DNA from: Tubiluchus corallicola
Taxonomy: Eukaryota > Animalia > Priapulida
DNA: 57,737 nt
NCBI GenBank assembly: GCA_030141605.1
Contig: JAQGDQ010000798.1
Location: forward strand, 36,829-94,565
Direction of reading: 5' to 3'
Under the pieces are notes generated by a model. It was not told where the DNA came from. It saw only the letters and a program-made list of their open reading frames with translations, and ran no database searches. Position numbers and translations under genes: made by a program. Within the stretch, counting starts at the first letter, position 1, and the number at the start of each line of letters is the position of its first letter. This document shows positions 49,101 through 57,737 of the stretch, piece by piece.

Positions 49101-52100
49101 ATGAAGAACAACATAACACAAGCAGTCACTGCTTACTGCTTGCATAACTGTTAGCTAAAATGACACAAACGAACCAAAATCGTTTAAAACACTTATTTTT
49201 GACTGATTGATTGATTGATTGATTGATTAATTTGATTTGATTTAATATTTTATTTAAAACATTACAAAGTTCATATACAAATCACAAATGAATACACAAA
49301 ATACAATAAATATGGTAAATGACAATAACACAAATAACAATTAACGATATAACAAACTTCGTTTTTTCATTTAGTTTTATTTAATCAACTTACATGAAAT
49401 CTCATCATTTCTGCTCGAATCTTAGCTGGAATGGCAGATGCAACTTCAGCATCATCAAAATCGGTATTTACTCGAGAATCATCTTCATCCTCGTCTTTTA
49501 TCGTCTCTTCGTCACTTTTTGGTTCCTCCTTTTTCATCACACCTTCACCACTTTCTGTTTTCACATCTTCTTCTCTCAGTTCAGTCTTTATCTCCTCTTT
49601 TTTCTCTTCACCCTCGAGACTTTCCTCCTTTTTCAAATCTTTATTCTTGCTGTCTGTTTCTTCACTTGCATCTTCCTCTTTCTTAATTGCCCTCTCTTTT
49701 TCGGCATCGGAATCCTCCTTCGTCGACGGATCTGATTTTTCCATTTTCACTTTTGACTTTGCATCCTCGTCTTCATTACTGACACCATCCGTCTTCCGCT
49801 TCAGTAAATCGAGTTCAATCTCGCCATCGTCATCCCTCGAATCTTGCTTATAACTCAGCAGCTCGGCTTTCAGTCTTTCCTTCTGCTCGGCTTTGATCTG
49901 AAGCAGCTCGGCACGAATGCCTTCTAGCTCATCTGAAAAACGCAAAACATTGGAGTTTCTAGTTTCCACGCCACAGTAGTTTTTAGTAAGATGCGTAGAT
50001 TACCATGTATAAGTACTGCAGAGTGTTCCACACGCTGCAACTATGAATTAATATGAAGTTGATTAAATGATACTATTCCACACACACAGAAAAGTCTGGC
50101 AATCCACTAACGCACCTAATGTTTAACAGGTAGTTAAGCTGAGTGCACACATATGCACTGGCGTGATACGGTGCGATACAGTAAGTGTAGGATTTGAAGG
50201 GTAAGCAGACATTTATGACGTCACGTGCCACTACATGTTATCTCGTAGTTGGCAGTTAACCTGTACATTCTGTTATTTTTCTCTGAGAAGGCTCGTAGAG
50301 AAAACCAGAAAACACGTCGCCAAATTAAACTAGTTTATTATACGAGAATTCTACAACACAAAAGTAGGAAGGAACGCGAAATGTTTACAGTAAATGTGAT
50401 AATCTGCAAACGTGAAAGCGAGAAAGCGTATCTGAGGAACTGAGAATACGAGGATACAAGAGAATAAACTTCAGCGGCCAGCTCCGCCTTATATATCAGT
50501 GCAAAGGAATAATCTAGAAATAGAAAGTTCTAGAAACTTCTACAAAGTAAGAAGATTGTTCTGCTATATTATAGAACATTCTGCAATATTCTATTTAATT
50601 CTAGTGGATCTCCACAACAACGAATCAATTCAAAAGCATACTGTACCTTTCACGGACGGTGACGGCGACGGTGTATGAGGTGTACTAAACACAGACGTCT
50701 GCGACCTGGTTTTCTTGCTAGGTGAATGTTGTAGAATCTCTTTAAATGAAAGCATGGGATCGTGTAGTATGTGGAAGTCAGTTCGTATAACACCATGCCT
50801 ACACAATAAAAACTACATGTAATGTTTGCAGAAAAACAAAACGGGTCAGAAAAACTGACAAGAAGTATGAATGCGGATGTTCTGAGTGTACAACTTTCGA
50901 CAAGGCAACACGAATGTGTTGAGCAAAATTAAAACTGAATTATCTATCAATAATTTCATTAATTTCATTTTATCAACATGCTTCTTAATGAAAAACTGTG
51001 AGTTAAATTTGAGTACTTCGCATGATACTGACGATACTTTTAGGAAAATAAGAGCAGTGATTGGTGGAACAATTTCGGCATAAAAAACATTAGTACAACA
51101 TCATCTTCCTTTATACAACTGCACAAAACATTTGTGTGACAGTTGATTTTTGTGACTATTGAAAAATATGATTTTCCAAAGAAGTAATGGTCATCGCAAC
51201 TCTGATTTCTCAATAATCATACGGAAACGATTACTAAAACTTGAAAACACTAAACATCTACTAGCTATTGTCAACTTTATACAACTTATACGAACTTGCT
51301 ATTTTAAGATGCGGAACACACATACGGTCTGTGTGTATATAATAATCGTTGAATGCTGCCCATGCTTATTTAACTAAATGTATATAGTGGTGAGTTTTGT
51401 GCAACTTTTATTTCAGTATTTTATTGTAGTATGATGTAATGGTTTTCTGTTTTCTGTATGGCTTTTATGCTGAAACGAACTAATCTAATCTATTCATAAG
51501 TTTCAGTTTATGTTTTTCATAACTTTTAATAGCGAGTATGGTCAAGCGATGTTGATAGATACACTGATTATTGTACTGCTGTTAAACCACAATCGAAAAC
51601 GCCACGAAACAAGGTGAAACTTCTTAATCTTGAACTTTCCTATTACGCGTTACTTAAATCATTTTTATTGCAAGGTGCTTAAAAAATTACACGTCTCGTT
51701 TTGTCAGTATACGTCTAAGAAAGCCATAAATTCTCTGCATACCTCTGAAACTCATGACACAATTATTATATTTGGCTTCTAAAACTTCCTGTAAATTCTC
51801 CGATCATTTTACAACGGACCTCCATCGCTTGAATCACTAGATAGGAAAACTATTTTTACCTGGCTGCAAAACTATTTACCTAGCTGCAAAACTGCTTACC
51901 TGGCTGCGCCAACAAGCAAGTCCTTGTCATGTTTACCACAGATCCACCAATCGGGTAACTCGAAGCTCGGCTGGCAAAGCTTCAGACGTTCGTCCAACTT
52001 TGGATGCGTCAAAATGTCGCAGCGAACTTTGTTGAGTAGCTTGATACGATACAAGCAGCGACCGGCACGCTCCTCAGTGATGGGCGCAACATAGATACCC

Positions 52101-55100
52101 TGCATGGCTGCAACTGTACGAAACAACAAACGGAGTAAGCAAGCCATTATATAAAGTTTACCAACAAGAAAAACATTCTTCTAAATGCTTTTGAATAGGT
52201 AGCGATCATAGATTTAGTATTTAAGAAATAAAAAAAAGTTCTTTGCTTTTGGTGGCAAATTTTAGACAAAACAAATTGACTTAAGGTGCATCGGCAAAGA
52301 AGATGTGGCTAACACAACTACATTTTACAGAAATAATACAACAACAAATGACCCAGTCTCAAATAATCAATGTTCAGAAGACTGAGGCACTTAAAACGTT
52401 AGAGTGATCTCCTGAGACTGGCTTTGCTAAATTAGTTTGCTAAAAATAGACAATAAACAGCTTCACAAGTCAGAAGGCTAACTAGACAAATTAAAAAACA
52501 ATGCACGAGATACTAGGTTGCCTGTAACGCTCTCGATACTCTATATATGAGTGGAATCATATATGTATAAATAGTTTGTGATGAACTGCCTAAGCTTTGC
52601 TATGATAGATAAAGAATAACGATAACCTTCGAAAAAATACAGACTGGCACACAGTTAATTAAAGAATTATTTCAAATCAAAATGGCAATTAACAAGAAGT
52701 TTAGCAACAGTTATGAAGAAGTTCTGAAGGTAATTGCTAAGACAGTAGAATACAGGTAGAATTCAAGTAGAATTCAAGTAGAATACAGGTGAGCTGTGTT
52801 TTTATAAATCATAAATCGTTTCTCTAAACTTCAAGGCAACAACCGCTTATGTTAACAAAGCATTGCGCTCATACTGGCATAGCATAATTTTTTATAAAGC
52901 CTCTAAACAAATTATTGTTTTCCATTGCATTTACTTGACAAATGAAACTACGGAAGGAAAAAAATTAATGCCACACAAACCTTCGTCCGCATTCAACTCC
53001 TTCCGACACACCGTCTTGCACATGGCAAGAAAAGACAGGAAATATTCCGTGATGTTGTCGTCATACTTCCGATCCAACCTTGCTAGCGACTTGAACCGCG
53101 ACCAGTCGTACGTCTTCGTCTTCTTGCTGTACTCGACACCGAAGCTAGAGACCACCCTGTAGAAATCAGCCTCTTCACGTCTCGACCACCTAGTGCGAGA
53201 AAGCAAACAAGCAAACAATTACTTAAATAGGTTCAGTTTAAAAAAGATTGTAAGTAATAAACAATATCACATGTAAAGCAAATCTAGGTTTTCCATTAGC
53301 ACTGAGATGTCTCATAAACATGAGATGCTCAGATGTTTTTTGGCAGGAGGATGTTGTGCTATTGTCTACAACTTTTCACTTTTTTGATGAATTTACTTTG
53401 TGTAATGTTGAACAGTTGTCTTGATGTACTTCAACTTGGTGTAAAATATTGTGATTTCAGTCAGAAATTTAACTAACAAACATTCTCGTTATAGAAGCCA
53501 CAAGAAAATACATTAGAATAACCAAATACAGTAGTTAATTCAAATGTAGTTAATTACAATAAATATAAATGTGATTCATTAATTCAAAAATAAGCATGAC
53601 GTAACGTAATATAACACAGGATTACATCACATGACATGACATGACATGATATGACACGACATGACATGATATGACACGACATGACATGATATGACACGAC
53701 ACGACATGACCTATTACTATTATAAAATGTGTGATTCGTTAATTCAAAAATAAGCATGACGTAACGTAATATAACACAGCATCACATTACATGGCATGCC
53801 ATGATATGACAGGGCATGATATAACACAGCATAACAGAGCACAAGGCAATGCAACACAACACAATATAACAACATAGTATAACATAACACAAAGTGAACT
53901 TTATTGACCAAAAAGTACCAAATTGACCAAACTGAGCATACAATTTTCGAATTCATTATAAATAGTTGGTTTATTTACAAACAAAAAGAACAATTCTTCA
54001 TAATTTACGATAAGAAGAGATCACAGATCAAGCGATTGCTAAAAGTACAAAAATATTTCAGAATAACTTTAAAAATTACAATTATTCTCTGTATATAATC
54101 ACCTTGTAGTTAATTCTCTTTTAAAGCAGAGCGTATTCTTACCTTTGTTGCATGACCTTCTTCTGCTGTTCGCGAAACTTCATGGCCTCCTGCGCCCTCT
54201 GGCGGCGTTCCACTTTCTTAGACTCTGCTTCATTCTTAAGCATTTGCCGCTTGAAGTTGCGCTGATATCCGGTAATGAGTTTTCTTAAGCGCGTGTTCAT
54301 CTCCGAAGAGCTGGGGAATGGTCTCAAGCCTTCCTCGGCTAAAACAGAAAAGACAAAATTAACGATCGACTTTATGTGTGGAACTATGCAATAATCACTT
54401 ACAATAATAAATTTCTTGTAACTAATTAATAATTAAATTAATAAAAGTCCTTTCTGTATTTTGATAAAGATTTTGCACTGCAATGTAAAAAGAATTAACT
54501 ACTAAACGACACACCTTGTCATATCTAACTGCACACATTGTCATATCTAACTGCACACCTTGTGATATCTAACTGCACACCTTGTCGTATCTAACTGCAC
54601 ACCTTGTCGTATCTAACTGCACACCTTGTCGTATCTAACTGCACACCTTGTCGTATCTAACTGCACACCTTGTCTTATCTAACTGCACACCTTGTCATAT
54701 CTAACTACACACCTTGTCGTATCTAACTGCACACCTTGTCGTATCTAACTGCACACATTGTCGTATCTAACTGCACACCTTGTCTTATCTGACTGCACAC
54801 CTTGTCATATCTAACTGCACACCTTGTCGTATCTAATTGCACACCTTGTCGTATCTGACTACACACTTTGTCTTATCTAACTGCACACCTTGTCATATCT
54901 AACTGCACACCTTGTCATATCTAACTGCACACCTTGTCGTATCTAACTGCACACCTTGTCGTATCTAACTGCACACCTTGTCGTATCTAACTGCACACCT
55001 TGTCGTATCTAACTGCACACCTTGTCGTATCTGACTGCACACCTTGTCTTATCTAACTGCACACCTTGTCATATCTAACTGCACACCTTGTCATATCTAA

Positions 55101-57559
55101 CTGCACACCTTGTCATATCTAACTGCACACCTTGTCGTATCTGACTGCACACCTTGTCATATCTGACTGCACACCTTGTCATATCTGACTGCACACCTTG
55201 TCATATCTAACTGCACACCTTGTCGTATCTAACTGCACACCTTGTCGTATCTGACTACACACTTTGTCTTATCTAACTGCACACCTTGTCATATCTAACT
55301 GCACACCTTGTCATATCTAACTGCACACCTTGTCGTATCTGACTGCACACCTTGTCTTATCTGACTGCACACCTTGTCTTATCTGACTGCACACCTTGTC
55401 ATATCTAACTGCACACCTTGTCATATCTAACTGCACACCTTGTCTTATCTAACTGCACACCTTGTCATATCTAACTGCACACTTTGTCTTATCTAACTGC
55501 ACACCTTGTCATATCTAACTGCACACCTTGTCATATCTAACTGCACACTTTGTCTTATCTAACTGCACACCTTGTCATATCTGACTGCACACCTTGTCTT
55601 ATCTGACTGCACACCTTGTCATATCTAACTGCACACCTTGTCATATCTAACTGCACACCTTGTCTTATCTAACTGCACACCTTGTCATATCTAACTGCAC
55701 ACTTTGTCTTATCTAACTGCACACCTTGTCATATCTAACTGCACACCTTGTCATATCTAACTGCACACTTTGTCTTATCTAACTGCACACCTTGTCATAT
55801 CTGACTGCACACCTTGTCATATCTGACTGCACACCTTGTCATATCTAACTGCACACCTTGTCATATCTAACTGCACACCTTGTCTTATCTAACTGCACAC
55901 CTTGTCATATCTAACTGCACACTTTGTCTTATCTAACTGCACACCTTGTCATATCTAACTGCACACCTTGTCATATCTAACTGCACACTTTGTCTTATCT
56001 AACTGCACACCTTGTCATATCTGACTGCACACCTTGTCGTATCTGACTGCACACCTTGTCATATCTAACTGCACACCTTGTCATATCTGACTGCACACCT
56101 TGTCTTATCTAACTGCACACCTTGTCATATCTAACTGCACACTTTGTCTTATCTAACTGCACACCTTGTCATATCTAACTGCACACCTTGTCATATCTAA
56201 CTGCACATCTTGTCATATCTAACTGCACACCTTGTCATATCTGACTGCACACATTGTCATATCTAACTGCACACCTTGTCGTATCTGACTGCACACCTTG
56301 TCATATCTGACTGCACACCTTGTCATATCTAACTGCACACCTTGTCATATCTAACTGCACACCTTGTCGTATCTGACTGCACACCTTGTCATATCTAACT
56401 GCACACCTTGTCATATCTGACTGCACACCTTGTCATATCTACCTACACACATTGTCATATCTGACTGCACACTTTGTCTTATCTAACTGCACACATTGTC
56501 ATATCTAAAAGTAAATGATAGGCAAGTAAAGCCTTGTGGCAGGGATTGATAAATGATGTAAAATAACACACACCAAGCGAGTGAAAATTTCAACATTCGC
56601 AACAACATTTGCGACGCTTATGTCTGGATAATTTGAAGCACTGCCAAAAAACAATGAGTTTATGAAAGTTCAAAGTTCAAGCTCACAAAAATAAACGGTG
56701 TGCCAATATCTAAAACTGCAGACATAAAAAAATCAGTGAATACAGTTTGCAATACAATTCTTTAATCATGACAAACATTCAAACTTTATTGCGCAGTGAA
56801 TCTGTTATAGCTACAGCCCAGACGGTGGCACTGTCTCAGTTGAGCTCCGGTCAGTTTATTTCTACAGTCGACCTAGCCGATAAGAAACCCAGCTTTAGTC
56901 AAGCCAGCCGCTCAGTTATGGGAGTCGAGCTAGACGAAATTTTTGCCCGCTGAGAAGATTTTTGCTCTTACAATAATCACGTGACACTGCAAATTTTCTG
57001 TGAAGAGTAAAGATGGCAGTCGTATACCCTTAAAATTTATACAGAGAATTACTGTACAACATTTTTTGGTAATATGATTGGGTATAAAATTGTAACATTT
57101 TATTCGTACCCTTTTCAAATTTTTATCACGCATTTTGCATTTGCATTTTTGCATATCATAAAAGCATTCGTCGAGACATCAGTACAATGCATTACTGTAT
57201 GAATGCATGTATTATATGCTGGCTAGAAACGTGGTAAGAGTATTAGCACGTTACCAACAGCTGTCCATATTCAACAATATAATGCCTGATATATACGAAA
57301 TGTATGGAAACATGGTGCCTACTATCATATCTGGCATCATAAAAAGGAAAAAACGTCAAAGTGCAAAATGTTTCCCTGTAGTTTGATATGTGCTATTTTT
57401 CCTTACTAGACCACACGGCCAGCCTTGACGGTGAATAATATCAAACAAAACAAGTACGTACTTGTTTCGGCAGATTTCTTCTGTTCGGTAGTGGGCTTCG
57501 TCAACTGCGAATCATCATCTTCCTCATCATTAGCATCCATGGTGTCCTCCATATTTTGG
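39439..57559 (-). CDS. CHD7: CHD7/kismet-type (CHD6-9 family) chromatin remodeller, 3' part. Exons: 57559-57462, 54338-54143, 53189-52981, 52113-51900, 50798-50647, 49932-49394, 49007-48888, 47136-46873, 46294-46222, 44881-44783, 43795-43538, 43053-42905, 42608-42492, 40950-40846, 40137-39439
   Basis: Motifs [72 protein letters not shown] and two BRK domains. All junctions are GT-AG and phase-consistent. The ATPase and chromodomains lie beyond the right edge. This is probably the single invertebrate co-orthologue of CHD6-9. Confidence 0.93.
40846..40950 (-). CDS. CHD7: CHD7-like exon (second half of BRK2)
   Basis: [35 protein letters not shown]. Confidence 0.93.
41021..42484. repeat. Array F: 46-bp unit ATACAATGTTGTGAAATGTTTATTTTATGCCATAAATGCAGCATTC, about 32 copies
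   Basis: Direct reading; fills almost the whole intron that splits BRK2. Confidence 0.97.
42492..42608 (-). CDS. CHD7: CHD7-like exon (first half of BRK2)
   Basis: [39 protein letters not shown]. Confidence 0.92.
42905..43053 (-). CDS. CHD7: CHD7-like exon (BRK1)
   Basis: [33 protein letters not shown]. Confidence 0.93.
43538..43795 (-). CDS. CHD7: CHD7-like exon
   Basis: [16 protein letters not shown]...[11 protein letters not shown]...DQKQ; phase 1 to phase 1. Confidence 0.85.
44022..44484. mobile_element. hAT-superfamily MITE
   Basis: TIRs CAGGGATGAGAAT and ATTCTCATCCCTG, with a perfect 8-bp TSD CTTTGGAC at 44014-44021 and 44485-44492. Confidence 0.93.
44783..44881 (-). CDS. CHD7: CHD7-like exon
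   Basis: [32 protein letters not shown]; flanked by TTGCAG and GTAAGC, phase-consistent. Confidence 0.8.
44975..45368. mobile_element. Tigger/pogo-like MITE
   Basis: TA|CAGTGTTCC ... GGAACACTG|TA. Confidence 0.8.
45672..46043. mobile_element. pogo-like MITE
   Basis: TIRs CCGTATTTATTCGAGTA and TACTCGAATAAATACGG; TA is present on the left side only. Confidence 0.8.
46222..46294 (-). CDS. CHD7: CHD7-like exon
   Basis: [24 protein letters not shown]; flanked by TTGCAG and GTGAGT. Confidence 0.8.
46873..47136 (-). CDS. CHD7: CHD7-like exon
   Basis: [21 protein letters not shown]...PKLSQ. Confidence 0.9.
48270..48447 (+). mobile_element. Probable 3' end of a CR1/L2-type retroposon with a (TCTGTG)n tail
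   Basis: A hairpin GGGCAGG...CCTGCCC containing GACTAGATGG, then AATAAA, then a hexamer microsatellite at 48386-48447. Confidence 0.4.
48888..49007 (-). CDS. CHD7: CHD7-like exon
   Basis: [12 protein letters not shown]...[19 protein letters not shown]. Confidence 0.92.
49394..49932 (-). CDS. CHD7: CHD7-like exon (charged, E/K/D-rich)
   Basis: [20 protein letters not shown]...RAEMMRFH; flanked by TTTCAG and GTAAGT. Confidence 0.9.
50236..50619 (-). mobile_element. Putative solo LTR
   Basis: On the minus strand it runs TGT...AACA over about 380 bp and contains GAAnnTTC repeats, TATATAA and AATAAA in U3-R-U5 order. No TSD was recognised. Confidence 0.45.
50487..50540 (-). promoter_or_regulatory. 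Perfect 4-unit heat-shock element about 30 bp upstream of a TATA box
   Basis: GAAagTTCtaGAAacTTC at 50523-50540; TATATAAGG on the minus strand at 50495-50487. Confidence 0.55.
50647..50798 (-). CDS. CHD7: CHD7-like exon
   Basis: [18 protein letters not shown]...PSPSPSVK. Confidence 0.92.
51900..52113 (-). CDS. CHD7: CHD7-like exon
   Basis: [17 protein letters not shown]...[19 protein letters not shown]. Confidence 0.95.
52981..53189 (-). CDS. CHD7: CHD7-like exon (SANT-like region)
   Basis: [20 protein letters not shown]...ARLDRKYDD...[11 protein letters not shown]. Confidence 0.96.
53560..53890. repeat. Local duplication of about 60 bp with (CATGA/CACGA)n and degenerate pentamer microsatellites
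   Basis: TTAATTCAAAAATAAGCATGACGTAACGTAATATAACACAG occurs at about 53579 and about 53739. Confidence 0.8.
54143..54338 (-). CDS. CHD7: CHD7-like exon
   Basis: [26 protein letters not shown]...QQR. Confidence 0.94.
54510..56508. repeat. Array G: 22-bp unit CACACCTTGTCATATCTAACTG, about 91 copies
   Basis: Direct reading; lies in a CHD7-like intron. Confidence 0.98.
57462..57559 (-). CDS. CHD7: CHD7-like exon (acidic linker)
   Basis: [32 protein letters not shown]; flanked by TTTCAG and GTACGT; phase matches the next exon. Confidence 0.8.
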
Positions 57560-57737
57560 CTGAAAAACAGCAAATTCTGATTCTACCGCGAGCATTAAAA
57601 CTTACATATGGAAAGATGCATATTATAATGAAAAAAAATGACACAAGGAATGAAGATTAAGATTAAAGGAAACTAAATGTATTAGATTTTTAATTTTTTT
57701 CATTTTTATTTTATTTCAGTACATATAGTACCATATG

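Noticed and set aside
39467-49853. Plus-strand ORFs at 39467-39934 and 49394-49853
   Set aside because: They are antisense shadows of low-complexity CHD7-like exons.
9413-56508. Tandem arrays considered as CRISPR-like arrays
   Set aside because: The units are contiguous with no unique spacers, there are no cas genes, and the context is eukaryotic introns.

Overview
This is AT-rich, intron-rich metazoan (invertebrate-like) genomic DNA; the species cannot be identified from the sequence. From left to right: (1) a full-length but decayed BEL/Pao LTR retrotransposon (1-7199, +) whose Gag begins with a SAP-type DNA-binding motif, lying antisense in a probable GC-AG intron of (2) syntaxin-16 (STX16, minus strand, 7 coding exons visible, 3' end outside the window); (3) a complete PABPN1 gene (+, 7 coding exons, 16424-32528), head-to-head with STX16, with an unusual RNP1 Phe-to-His change and a candidate spliced A-rich 3'UTR exon; (4) the 3' half of a CHD7/kismet-type remodeller (minus strand, 15 exons, two BRK domains), convergent with PABPN1. 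Seven homogeneous, mostly unrelated tandem arrays (22-70 bp units, about 12 kb or roughly 21% of the window) lie in introns or the putative 3'UTR intron, several within 5-25 nt of splice sites. The introns also carry two non-autonomous Helitron-like copies, hAT and Tc1/pogo-type MITEs, LINE remnants and an LTR-like fragment with a perfect heat-shock element next to a TATA box. The long repetitive ORFs in the ORF track are artefacts of the arrays. All coordinates and copy numbers were read by eye, and no database search was run.
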